Source: Camelus ferus (taxonomy: Eukaryota). Taken from it: 64,000 nucleotides of DNA. The notes under the pieces are model-generated. The model searched no databases, was not told the origin of the DNA, and saw nothing but the letters and a program-made list of their open reading frames with translations. The DNA lies in NCBI RefSeq assembly GCF_009834535.1, contig NC_045716.1, positions 22,072,001 to 22,136,000 on the forward strand, in the 5' to 3' direction. Shown piece by piece: positions 1 to 11,146 of the stretch (positions are counted from its first letter, which is position 1; each line of letters starts with the position of its first letter). The translations under genes were made by a program, and so were the position numbers.

Positions 1-407
1 CCGCCCCACCCCAGCTCCAGGGCTCTGAGAACACCAGTCAGTTCCATTTTTCCCAGCTACTGGTCAGAGGGTGGGGATGGCGGGTCCAAAAGCTTGGCCG
101 ATTTGTCGATGGCCGCCGCCAGGGGCCACGCGGCTTTAGGGGTGATGACTTGGCAACTGGGGGTGTCAGAGGGCGTACAACTCCCTTTGTGGTACTGGAT
201 TGTGTAGAGAGTCACCCCAGACTGGGCAGAAACAAGCCGCGAGCATCCTGGGGACACTCGCTGACCCTGCTTAGGACTCTGGCCCTCCCTAGCCCATCTT
301 CGTCTGAGGCGACAGCATCTCCTGGCGGCCAGACCTGGAATCGCGACAGGGGAGACCCTCCTTCCCTGAGCAGACAAACTTTTGAGGAACGCTCTCAAGA
401 CCTCACG

Positions 408-413
408 TTTATT
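408..413 (-). terminator. ADAM15: ADAM15 polyadenylation signal AATAAA
   Basis: tttatt on plus strand, ~260 nt after the stop codon. Confidence 0.8.
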
Positions 414-673
414 GCAACTGATCAGAGACCGGCTGTGCGCACCTCCCTCAGCCCCATCCAGCGCCCAGCCCCTCCCCAACCCCCAGCTGCCACTGCGTGG
501 GCGGGTCCCCAGGGTGCTCCTCAACAGTGCGTGGAGGTGCCTGGTGTCTTAAGAGGCCTGCTCCATAGCGTCCAGGCTCCAGCTCCTTCAGTCATCGCGG
601 GGGGACTCCAGGGGTCAGGCCCACCTCTTGAAGTCCTAAGTCCAGGTTAGAGGCAGCGGGACCTCAGGAGAGG

Positions 674-716
674 TCAGAGGTAGAGCGAGGACACTGCTGG
701 AGGCGGCGGCGCAGGC
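674..716 (-). CDS. ADAM15: ADAM15 exon 23 (coding part)
   Basis: [16 protein letters not shown]. Confidence 0.94.
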
Positions 717-3700
717 CTGGGGTGCGGGAAGCCGAGGAAAAAGTTCAGAGGTCCTCTTTCCTCAGACCACTCGCTCCGCCCACCGATCCTCAGCACCCTT
801 CCTCCCCTACCTGGAGGGTACCACTGGGGGCGGGATTCCAGCTCCAGGGTCAAGCAGGTCACCCGAAGGGCGCTGGCCCTGGGGATCAGCAGGCAGTGGT
901 TTTCTTGGGGGTGGGGGCTTGGTGGGCCCCTGAGACTGAGAGAGAGAAGGCAGAAGGCCAGCTTGGGAGGGGGTATCATGTTGCCCACTTCCGACAACAC
1001 TGATGCTCAGGAACACCAGCTTGAGGGGCGGCACCAGAGGTCACCTTTGTCTCCAAACAAACCTGTCACCATTTAAGATGCCACCAGGTATGTGCCCCCA
1101 GGCACAAGGGTCATCTTGCCACCGGCACCACCGCCAAGGCTACTAGCACCACAGACCTGGGTGGGGGGAAAGGCTGTGCCCTTCTCTCCCCCCACTGTTA
1201 CCTTCGGGCGCCTCACCACCGGGTCAGCTGGCAGAGGGCGAGTGGGGGGATTGGGTCGGTCAGCCAGCTCAGCCTGAACAGAGAAAGGAGCAGTGGCTAT
1301 GAGAGCACAGCTAGGGGCAGTGGGCATGCAGTGGGTCTCCCTAGGGGTTCAGGTCAACATGCAAAGTCAGCCAGGGGGCAGGAGAGAACAGGGACATGCG
1401 CACAGGGCTTGAGTGCAGGCCAGCAAATGTCTGCGGGGAGAAAGGTGTGGGTCACCGTGGTGTCCCTGGCCGACTGCAGTCCCGCCACTGACCACCAGAT
1501 GGTGGTAGAAACCAAGGCAGGAGGCTCACCCATTGCTGCTTCTGGGGCTCAGAGGGTCTGGAGGTTGAGGGGCACCCTGGTCCCCTAATGAAGAGCGCCA
1601 CTGGCAGGGAACAGGGATGAGAACTGCAGTTGGGCACCAAGCCTCCCACCTGCCCTGGGCCAGGGCGGTGCCTGGTCCAGATTTACCTGGAGTCTCTTGG
1701 GCACAGGGTCAGGAGGCAGCGGCCTGGAGGGGGGTGCTGGGAAGCCAAGAGCACTAGTCTGCTGAGAAAGCAGGAGAAGCAGACAGGCAGAGTCGAGGTG
1801 GGGGTGGGGAAGAGGGAGCAGAGAGACAGATGTGGGCAGAGAGGTGTTAGTGCCCACGGAGGGGCAGCCAGGGCCCCAGGGGCAGTAAGGGTTCTGCGTG
1901 CGGTTATTCAGTTGCATGCAGAGTGGGTGACGAGTGGTGGTGGGACATGCAGACCACCTCCACACAAATACTCCTATCATCAGATCAGGGCTCAGGGCAG
2001 GGGCACTCACCAGCCCTTCTACACATGGTGACCTGGGCCTCGTCAGGTCCTGGCACACTGAAGGCCACTCTGAGCACCACCCCCTCCTGCCCTCCAGGAG
2101 TCACGGCTGGGAGCACAGGTAGATCCACCTTTCAAAGGCACCCGTTTGGCCAACTCAAAGAGCTCAGCACTGCCTCCTCTAGGAGACTGCCCCTCCCCAG
2201 TCCAGTCTGGACTCTGCTTCTCAGCCTGCAGCTAGGGGCGGGGCAGGGAGGGCTGGCCCTGACTCCTCTGACTGACTCTTGGGAAATGCAAGTCTTTCTG
2301 AGTCTAGAGCCTTCAGTACCCCCACCCCAGGGCCCAAGCTGAATGCCCGGCCAAGTTGGGGCCCTTTCTCCTCTGGCATACAGACCTACCTTGGCACCTG
2401 GCATCAGCAGGGCCCTCTGCGGGGGTCCTGGGCGTTCCGGAGGACCAGACTGGGCTGCCCTGAGCATGAAGAAAGGCAAAGAGGGAGAGGGCCCAGCCTC
2501 AGATGCTGTTCCCCACTCATACACGGCCCTTGAGTGGGGCTAGCCCTTTGTGGCCCCTTGACAGGAGCTTGTCTGTGGTTTAGGCGTAACTAGAAGTGGG
2601 AAGGGGAAGTTGATCAACCTGAGGGAAGGCCCCAGTTACTCAGCACTGGGGCTCCTGGAGAGAAATGGCCTTAGCATCCCAGCTGCCCCACGCGGGTCTA
2701 TGTGTGATGTGGAGGGTTACGGGGCACATGTAAGGAAGAGAGGTATGTGGGGCTTGTTCCGGGGGACTTGGGCTCAAAACTAGGTGGCAGGGGCTGCGGA
2801 GGTGGGGGCAAGGCTCCAGAGCTGTTGTCTTCAACAGAGCTGTTGAGAAAGCTGGTAGCAGGGAGGCTGGTACCTGTATTGGCAGCTGGGTCCCTTGAGC
2901 TGGCAGATTCGCTGGCGCAGGCGGGCACGGTGCCAGTAGCTGGCACCAAGCAATACGAGGACCAGCAACAACAGGAGGCTGAGGGCCAGCCCTGTGGTCA
3001 GGGAGCTGGTTGCTGCGCAGGGGGTGGGGGGCAAGTTTGAAGGTAAGCAGGGCTAAGAACTCTACACCCAGGAAGAGGCAGGGTGGGGACTGGTAGGGCA
3101 GGGAGTGAGGTCAAGCAGTCAGAGAAGGTGAAGGGGTCAGGGGTCACAGAGAGTCAGGGAGCCAGCAGTGAGGGGGTCAGAAGAAGAGGGGTGGTGTAGG
3201 ATGCCCTCCCAGCTGCTCCTACCCCCCACCCCATGCTACCTCTGATGTGGGTGGTGCAGTCCGGGGGTGCCCAGCCCTCCTCACAGCGGCAGTGTCTGTT
3301 GCTGTCGCAGACCTAGGAGGTACAGGTTGAACAATGAGAGGTCGTGCATTCTGGGGCCATGTTTCTCTGTCTCCAGCTTTTCAAGATCCCAGATGTTCAC
3401 AACTGGAAGGCGTGCTGGGGATGATGGGATGGAGGGTGCCAGCACTCTCGAGAGGGAGGGACTCTTTATCAGTGCCAGAGGAAATTGGACTGAACTCACA
3501 CTGTGAGTCTTTCTATATGCTGGGGACTTTACTAGAAGCTTTCATACTTATCTCATGTACCCACCGAAGTCGGTACTATTATTATGCCCATTACTTAGAT
3601 GAGGAAGCTGAGCTCAGAGAGCTTAATAACCTGCCTCACGTCACATGGTTAAGAAGTGGTAGAGCAAGGATTAGAACTCAAGTGTGTCTGTTTCTAAAAC

Positions 3701-6700
3701 CCATCATTCTTTTCCTCCCGGGAGGCTCCCTGGTCCCCATTCATCTCTCCTGTGCCAGCTCACCCCATGCCCATGGCATTTGCTTCGACATTCCTGTGCG
3801 CCCAGGATTTCCTCAGGCTGGCATCGATGGTCAATGCACACCTGCCCGATGGGGAGAGAAGAGCAAAGATCACATTCTCACAAAGCTTTTCTGGTACTGG
3901 GAGGCCAACATGGCCGAGGCCCACCCCACTTTTACAGATGGGGAAACCAAGGAAACAGGACTTTGCTCCATCTGAAGTAAGAATCTGAAGTCCCCTCAGA
4001 GTCTGCCTTTTGTCCTGGTGGATAGTGAGGCCTGGGCACTGCTTGCGGTAGTCCAGGTGTCCCTCCCCACTTGTTCTTGTCCACCCAGGCTGCTCACCAG
4101 GCCAGGACCACAGGCTGTGCCAGGCAGAGTCAGGAGGGGCTGGGCCACGTCGTTGCCCAAGTCCAGGTGGACCCAGCTGCAGTTCAACTTCTGCTGGGTC
4201 CCATTGTCTTCCAGCACCTCCCAGTGCAGATCCCGGGCTGAGCCTAGCAGAGGCTGGGCCCTCCCACCCTGGCACTGGAGCTGTCCGCAAATGGCATCTC
4301 TGGGGTTAGGGAGAAGATGCAGGGTCAGTGGGGCAGAGCCAAGACTCCCACAAACCCAGGAGGAGCCAGGTTGCCTCACTTGCCTGGGGGCACAGGACAC
4401 ATAGCTTCCATCAGGGTTGCGCCCACAGCTCCCAAAGGCATCCCCCCGAGTATTGGCAGTCAGGAGGCAAAGCGGCATGGCGGGCTGGGCCCCAGGTCCC
4501 CAGAGAGCTTGGCACTGCTGGGCATAGGAGGCACAACGCCCTTGCATGCACACAGCCTGTCCACCAGCACACGGCTCGCCGTCTCCCAGGCTGACATCAG
4601 GGGGGCACTGGGAGCTGTCTCCTGGGCAGAACTCGGGCAAGTCACAGTCACCTCTGGTAGGGCGACACTGCCAGCCAGCCGGGCGCAGCTGTGGAGGGTG
4701 GTTCAGCATCAGTGTGGGTGCTGGGCAAATCCAGCCGGGCCCTAGGAGTGACTTTTTCCACCCTGGCCCCTGGCAGGTGGGCTCTGGGTGGCCAGTTCAG
4801 TCTGCACCCACCTGGCAATTTTGACAACAGAGCCCATCAGATGCGCACTGTGCCCCTGGCCTCAGCTGGCAGGTGTGATAATCACAGCAGGGATCGGCGC
4901 AGTCCTGCGGGCCAGGGCACAGAGGGGCCGAGCATCAGAGCAGGCTGGGCCTGACAGCCTACCCCAACCCCTCCTCCCGGAGCCCGAACCCAGAAGGACA
5001 CACGCAGCAAGTGAAAGCTAGAGCCCAACAATCCATGTGCTGTCCCCACAGACAGGGAGGTGGGGAGAGGGGCTCAGGAGGCTTGGACAGGGCTGATGCG
5101 CTGGGGTGAGGGCACAGAGTGAGTGGGGCAGGGCTCTGGGTGAGGAGCTCACATCTGGGAAGCCACAGTCACACTGCTCGCCGGGCTCCACCAACATATT
5201 TCCACAGATGCTGGCCATAGAGGGCAGAGTGGACAGCCGTTCAAAGAGGCATCTGCCCATCCCACCCAGGAGGGCTTTCTCCAGGGCCTGTCGGCTGCAG
5301 TTGCTGAAGTTCAGGCCTGGCAGGAAGCTGGGGATGGCAGCAAGGAAGGTTGGGGCTGTGGACTGCTCCCTGCTCCCTGTCCCTGCCCTATCCCCTCTCT
5401 CCATCCTGCAGCTACTCACTCTGTGGAGGCCTCCATGATGCAGCTCTTGGCTGGGGCGGGACCTGGACAGGGGCAGCGGTTCCCAGGTGAGTCGTGGTCC
5501 AGGCCTAGGCTGTGGCCCAACTCGTGGGCTATTGAGGAGGCAACTCCCAGGATGCTTGTGGAGTGGTCCTGTCGTTGGGGAGGGGATAACCCAGGTCCAG
5601 CACCAGCCTGACTGCTCCTGTTCTCTCCTCATCTGACCTCTTGGGCACTCAGCAGGCACCGCCTTCCTCCTTAATTGCTTCTCAAGTAGGGGGGAACCCA
5701 GGCCTGGGTGGCAGGAATCCTGGGTGGCAGGAAACCTGGGTTCTAGCTCAGCCCTGTCCCTCTCCCTCACTATGTGACCCTGGGGGAGCACCTCTGTTCT
5801 CTGGGCCTCAGCCGTCCCTTTATCCCCCAAGACATGGGAAGAGCTTATAGGTGAAGACTGTGTACACTAATCAACTGGCCATAGGCGAGGGGTACCCTGA
5901 CAGCAGAGCCCACATCATGAACCCCTGCCCTCTATACCCTCAGCTTTGCAGTTGATAAGTTTGTAGGGGGTTTCGGTGAATAAATCGTACCACAGTTGGG
6001 AGGAACTGAATCAGGAACAGGAAGGAGATGTGGAAATAGCTCACCATGTTCACACCTCCTGAGAAATCAGGAGAGCAGATGGAGTTCTGAATGGCCATGC
6101 CCACCGTGGGCCCAGAGAATGAAGTAGCACTGTGGGATCGAGAGGTCAAAGGTCAAGGCCCAAAGCCAAGGTGGCCAGAGCTTCAGGGCCTTGGGTAGGG
6201 AGTTGGAGTGTGAAATTGGCCAGACTGGGGCTGAGCTGAGCTCTGCTGGCTGAGCCTGGGGGTCTTACGTCACCAGCTGGGCACTGTCGTGGGGCAATCG
6301 AGGCAGCAGGTCTGACCGGCGCCAGCGGAGGAAGCTGTCTAGTGTGAGAGCTGGGTCCTGGCTTATCTCTATCAGGTCGCGCTGGGCCCAGGCCTCCAGG
6401 CCAACTAACATCACTCGGACATTCAGAGGCCGGAAGAACTGAAAGAGAACTGGGGTTCAGGAGAGGGGTTCCCAGGGTCAGGGGCCATAAGGATGCTGCT
6501 GGCCTGACACTCACTGTGTCCAGGAGGAGGACTACTTCCAAGGTACGGTTCAGCAGGCTCTGGAAGTCCCGGTACCTCTGGACCTGTGGGTTACGAGAGG
6601 TGACCATGAAAGGTGGCAGGGCAGGCAGAGGTCAGGGGAGGACATGCAAGGGCCGGCAAGCTCACCTCAGAATGGTCAGCCACAATCACCAGCTCCACAA

Positions 6701-9700
6701 TCTTGGTCTCTGTCACCACATCCCGCCTCCACTGTGGACAAGAGGAGGGAGCATGTGGCACCCCCACCGCTCACCGCCAGCAGCCACATGGGGCTGACCA
6801 GGCTGTGTCCACGCCCACCTTGTGTGGCTAAACAGGAGAGTGAAGAGCCCATTTTACAGAGAACCACTGAGAGGCTGAGAGGCCAGGGACTTGCCCAAGG
6901 TAGAATAATTGAAGGTTATGAAGCTGGGAGTAGAGCACTCCTTTTCTGGCTTCAAATTTAGGGCTTTTCCCAAATTTAAAAACATAATAATAGCCAACAC
7001 CATCAAACACTTAACATATACCAGGCAGAGTTCTAAGCATTCACATATATATGCATGTATATACATTCATTTAATCTTCACAGTAATCCTATAAAGTAAA
7101 TAGTTTTATTATCCGCATGGAGTAAATTAGGAAGTTGGACTCTCACTGCTCTGTGATTGGTAACTATGTGTTCTCTCTATCCAAGTGAGAGCTCTCTGCA
7201 TATGGATCATAAGCCCCATGAGGAGTTTGAGTCAAGTGCCTGCATCTAAATCCTGGCTATACTATTTATTAGTTGAATGGCCTTGGGTAAGTCATTTAAC
7301 TTCTCTGAGCCAGTTTTCTCACTAAAATAGAACCATGGAGACCATCTGCCCCCCAGGGTTGCTGGTAAGAGTAAAAGAGATAATGTTTACAAAGTGTCTG
7401 GTACTGGGAAATCACTCCATTAGCAGGAGAGGTTGTTACTGTGGACAAATAGCTCTGAGGGCCAGGAGGCCAGCCCTGGGGACAACAGAAGCCCAGCGCT
7501 CCTGCCATTCATCCTCACCCGGTGACTGTGATGCTGTCCCAGGGGGCGCGCTGGTGGAGCCTGAGTGAGCACAGATGCAGGCCTGCTCAGGGCACAAGTG
7601 TGGCCTGGCAGGAGGAGGTCTTGGATCCGGGAAATAACAGGGGAACCCTGAAGGTCCCCAGGCCCCAGATCCAGGACGTAGCTTCTCTCTGGGGACAGGA
7701 TCACTAAGCCCCTATGAAAAGATGCAGGAAGTCAGAAAACTTTTCAGCTCGTGTACCCTCACTCTCTTCACCTTCAAAGAATTGAGCCCCTGTACCTGAG
7801 CCCAGAGCAGGTGCAGACAGAGACCCAGGAGTCGGCATGGCCCTGCACACTTCCCTGGTAGCAGCAGTCCTCCTACAGCAGAGAAACATGAGTGCCAACT
7901 TGAAGGACAGGCCAGGATTAGAGCCCAGGAGACTAGCCTGTTGGTGAAGAGATGCAATGTCCTCCCACATCCTCCAGGTGCCCCCTCCCTTCTTCCCTCA
8001 GGCCAGAAGCAGGGCATGAGACAGCCTGACTCACCAGAGTGTGTCCCTCACTGACCACCCGGGTGCCATCAGGCTGGTACCATACCAGGGTTGGGCGGCC
8101 TGAGACTAGGTCCCTGTGAAATGAAGAAAAAGGAGGGCAGTGTCAGCTGTCTCCCAGGATGGTGCAGTGACAGCCTGAGGACTGGAGTTGGTAAAGGGGT
8201 GGCTGTGGGCCAGGCAATCCCCCCAACCTTCCTGCTTCCCCTGGAGTCAGCAGAGTATAGTGGCTGGGCCACAAACTCTGTCAGGCTATGGGGGTTCCTA
8301 ACTGGNNNNNNNNNNNNNNNNNNNNNNNNNNNNNNNNNNNNNNNNNNNNNNNNNNNNNNNNNNNNNNNNNNNNNNNNNNNNNNNNNNNNNNNNNNNNNNN
8401 NNNNNNNNNNNNNNNNNNNNNNNNNNNNNNNNNNNNNNNNNNNNNNNNNNNNNNNNNNNNNNTGGCACATCGTAGATGCTATATAAATGTTAGTCATGTT
8501 ATTATTAATGTTACCACTATCATCATTACCTATTCTGTAGCAGCTCCAGGATATGACTCTCACCATCCAATTCCAATTTGATCCGCAAAGCCTCAGGCAG
8601 ACTGGTCTGTGGGCACCAGAGGGCATGTCACCTCCCTGGCCCTGCCCGAAACTCCTATCTTCTCTAACCAGAAAATCTCAGGCCCTTAGGAGAGCACCAA
8701 CGATTAGATCACTGGTGGGGGGATCCCGAGGGAGGGGCCAGGAAGCCCTGCCTGGCCTGGGGCATTGTTCTGGGGGTTTGTGTGGGGAGGTCAAGGAAGG
8801 TATCCGAGCTGCCCCTTCTCGGCTTCCTGCCCAGAGAGGAAGCATCGTGGAGGACTCGGTGTAGGCCCCAGCCCTTCCTCTGACTCAGCTTTAGAATTGG
8901 GAGGGGAGGGTGTTTGGTGAGGCCTCTCCAAGTCCCCCCACTGAGGAAACTGACAACATGAGACCAAGAAAGCAAGTTTGGCCTCAGAATTTCCCAGAGG
9001 AGATGGATGGGTTGGGTGGGGCTGAGGCGGACAGATGTGTGTGTAGAGGGGAGAGGGAGGTAAATGAAGCCAGGTGCTGGGGTGTGGAGGGAGAGGCAGC
9101 CAGACCTGGGATGGCCATGCTACTGTGAGGTCCACGCGCCAGCTCCTCAGGTAGACTTTACCTTGAGACACCTGGTTATTCAGGGTGATGGGTGGTGGAG
9201 GTGTATTTCTTTATTGAGGGGAGAGGGAGGCTCACCTGAAGCACCTCTGCTAGGCTGAGCGTGAGGTTGTCCTCAAGGATCTGGGGCTCCAAAGGCCCAA
9301 ACAGAGCCCCCTCTGGCCTTGCCTGCTCCTCCTCAGCGCCACCTGCAGGGTCCCGACGACACCCCAAGAGAGTGCTGAGAGAGTCAGCACCAGGGCTGGT
9401 GCCCTCAGACCCACCTGGCTCCTAGTACCTTAAGGCCTTTCTCTGCTTGAAGGACTGCTGCATTGCATGCTGGGACTTAAAGGAGAATACTGGGGGGTGG
9501 GGGTCTGCTCTCCAATTTTTCCCTTTCATGCCACCAACCCATCCACAAGTCCCCAGAGAAAGAAGTTCAGTTTAACCAGCTTGTGGCCGCTCCCTGTCCC
9601 CCTCAGGCAAATCCCAGGTTCTCACGGGGACCCTCTCCCTGTTCCCACTCCCTCCCAACTCCCCCCCAGGAACGCCCACGCTCAGGACTGGGCGAAGCCG

Positions 9701-10591
9701 TGTGGCCGGGTGCCCACTCACCCTCCCTTTCCTCACATCAGAGATGCGGGGAACGCCCATTTCTGGGTGAGCAGTGCAAACACCCCCCCTCCCAAAATAT
9801 CCCTCATGCCCAGTCAGGCACACCCGCTCCCCACAGCCTCCGCTTCCTCCCGGAGTCCGCCCCCCTCCCCACAATGGCCCTCTCTCCTCCGGACACTCCA
9901 CCCCTGCCTGCCCTCTCGGCCCCCAGCCCAAGACAGCAGCGGGAAGTGAAAGTTCCAAAGAGGAGTCGGTGTCCCAGCCTCTTTCCTGGCCAAATCTCCC
10001 CTCTCCTGGCTTTTCCCGGGCCCTCTCCCGCCGGGTTTCTGGTGGCATCAGCCCCAGAATGAGGGGTGCCTGGCCGCTCAGGTCTGGGATGAAGGGCCAG
10101 GAAGAATCCTCTTCGCCAAACCCTACAAGCCGTGCCTACTCGGCGCCCTGGCACTGGGTGGAACCGTCAGCTAGGCCCCAGAGGAGCGAAGGCGTCAGTC
10201 CTGGGGAGCAGCTACCCTCTCCAGCAATTCTCAGAGGGCGCTGGGCTAGGCGCCTCGGTGCCTGGTCCCAGAGCCTGAAAGTGTCCGCGGGGACCGTGCA
10301 GAGGATGACCGGGCAGGGACCGCCGGCATCCCCTCTCTTTCCCTCTCCATTGCCCAGTCGCTGGGCCCTTGGCCCAGGATAGCAGATCTGGGTGGGATGC
10401 GCTCTGGTTTGGGTCTCCCACGGACTCTGGCCGACCCCAGGACACCAGTGCCTCCCGACTTCCCTGCGAGTCCTCCCAGTCCGCCCCCGGCCCACTCCAG
10501 GCCGGTACTCACCTATATCTGGAAGCGGCCGGGAGGGCACCGGGCTGCCCGCGCCCAGGAGCCCCAGGGCCCAGAGCAGCGCCAGCCGCAT
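674..10591 (-). CDS. ADAM15: ADAM metallopeptidase domain 15 (metargidin), whole CDS span, 23 exons, 2601 nt / ~866 aa
   Basis: Starts with signal peptide [12 protein letters not shown]. Contains furin site RWRR, zinc motif [12 protein letters not shown] with CIM Met-turn, disintegrin RGDCD, a transmembrane segment and a Pro-rich tail ending SSLYL*. All exons join in frame with GT/GC-AG ends. Confidence 0.98.
811..935 (-). CDS. ADAM15: ADAM15 exon 22
   Basis: [18 protein letters not shown]...VVPSR. Confidence 0.93.
1202..1273 (-). CDS. ADAM15: ADAM15 exon 21
   Basis: [24 protein letters not shown]. Confidence 0.92.
1687..1761 (-). CDS. ADAM15: ADAM15 exon 20 (75/72 nt, tandem CAGCAG acceptor)
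   Basis: (Q)[24 protein letters not shown]. Confidence 0.9.
2390..2459 (-). CDS. ADAM15: ADAM15 exon 19 (70 nt, alternative in human)
   Basis: [23 protein letters not shown]. Confidence 0.92.
2874..3012 (-). CDS. ADAM15: ADAM15 exon 18 (transmembrane)
   Basis: [31 protein letters not shown]...CQYR. Confidence 0.94.
3240..3312 (-). CDS. ADAM15: ADAM15 exon 17 (EGF-like)
   Basis: [24 protein letters not shown]. Confidence 0.93.
3518..3710 (-). mobile_element. MIR SINE (ADAM15 intron 16)
   Basis: Reverse MIR core: attattatgcccatt...agatgaggaagctgagctcagagag; limits approximate. Confidence 0.7.
3764..3841 (-). CDS. ADAM15: ADAM15 exon 16
   Basis: [26 protein letters not shown]. Confidence 0.93.
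4098..4299 (-). CDS. ADAM15: ADAM15 exon 15
   Basis: [10 protein letters not shown]...TACGPGL. Confidence 0.93.
4384..4688 (-). CDS. ADAM15: ADAM15 exon 14 (RGD loop; GC donor)
   Basis: [20 protein letters not shown]...SYVSCAPR; donor AG|GCAAGT. Confidence 0.92.
4812..4904 (-). CDS. ADAM15: ADAM15 exon 13
   Basis: [31 protein letters not shown]. Confidence 0.94.
5153..5327 (-). CDS. ADAM15: ADAM15 exon 12
   Basis: [13 protein letters not shown]...[18 protein letters not shown]. Confidence 0.94.
5420..5568 (-). CDS. ADAM15: ADAM15 exon 11 (catalytic zinc site)
   Basis: [26 protein letters not shown]...SCIMEAST. Confidence 0.95.
6045..6129 (-). CDS. ADAM15: ADAM15 exon 10
   Basis: [28 protein letters not shown]. 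Confidence 0.93.
6269..6438 (-). CDS. ADAM15: ADAM15 exon 9
   Basis: [17 protein letters not shown]...PHDSAQLVT. Confidence 0.93.
6515..6583 (-). CDS. ADAM15: ADAM15 exon 8
   Basis: [23 protein letters not shown]. Confidence 0.93.
6666..6731 (-). CDS. ADAM15: ADAM15 exon 7
   Basis: [22 protein letters not shown] (furin site, start of metalloprotease domain). Confidence 0.93.
6845..7425. mobile_element. Cluster of MIR fragments, both orientations (ADAM15 intron 6)
   Basis: cccattttacaga...; ccttgggtaagtcatttaacttctctgagcc. Confidence 0.65.
7519..7711 (-). CDS. ADAM15: ADAM15 exon 6
   Basis: [22 protein letters not shown]...QHHSHR. Confidence 0.93.
7796..7872 (-). CDS. ADAM15: ADAM15 exon 5
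   Basis: [26 protein letters not shown]. Confidence 0.93.
8035..8113 (-). CDS. ADAM15: ADAM15 exon 4
   Basis: [26 protein letters not shown]. Confidence 0.93.
8530..8606 (-). CDS. ADAM15: ADAM15 exon 3
   Basis: [26 protein letters not shown]. Confidence 0.93.
9236..9342 (-). CDS. ADAM15: ADAM15 exon 2
   Basis: [10 protein letters not shown]...LAEVLQ; cag acceptor, GTGAGC donor. Confidence 0.93.
10513..10591 (-). CDS. ADAM15: ADAM15 exon 1 (coding part)
   Basis: gccgctgccATG Kozak context; MRLALLW...LPDI; donor G|GTGAGT. Confidence 0.96.
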
Positions 10592-11099
10592 GGCAGCGGC
10601 GCCCGGGGCCGGGCGAGGACAGCAGGTGCTGGGCCGCGCGCCGAGAAGCCGCGGCGGCCGGGTCGGCTTCGCGTACCTCGCCTCGCAGCGCAGCCACCAG
10701 GCCCGCCCGCCCCGCCCGGCCCCTCCCACCCAGCCCGGGGCCAGGCTCCGCCCCCGAGGCTCCGCCCTCGGAAAGGCCCCGCCCCGGCCTCGCGCCTCGT
10801 CTTGAAGAGGCCAGGACCCAGCCCACTATTCCGACTCCCTCGCGGCGTGCGTTGCTGCGCCCCTCCAGTTTCCGGCTACTGTACAGGGTGGGAGCCGAGG
10901 CCCGGTCCGACCGACATGGGAGCCGCGCCTCCACCCAGCCCTGGGTCCGGACCCTTTCCTACCCTTCGGCTTCACATCTGCAGCCCGGCTCTGACCGGAT
11001 CAGGCGGGCCAGTTCTCCAGACTGCCTGCCACGCAACGCCGGCCCACCCTCCCGTACCGGACCCCTGCGAAGAGCGGGCAGCAGGAGTGTACAAAGAAT

Positions 11100-11105
11100 T
11101 TTACT
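11100..11105 (-). terminator. DCST1: Probable DCST1 variant poly(A) signal AGTAAA
   Basis: tttact on plus strand, ~41 nt after the stop; no AATAAA seen before the ADAM15 promoter. Confidence 0.55.
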
Positions 11106-11146
11106 AAACAGGAAGGAGCAGATGGGAGAGCGAGCAGGACGTCCCT

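Noticed and set aside
1-400. EFNA4, expected next to ADAM15 by synteny
   Set aside because: No ephrin coding sequence is visible; at most upstream GC-rich sequence lies in the window.
3334-3975. 213-aa plus-strand ORF
   Set aside because: Runs through a MIR and antisense to ADAM15 exon 16; chance open frame.
4378-4379. Canonical GT donor (CAA|GTGAGG) for ADAM15 intron 14
   Set aside because: It would add 4 nt and frameshift exon 15; the GC donor restores the expected R-D-A-I-C junction.
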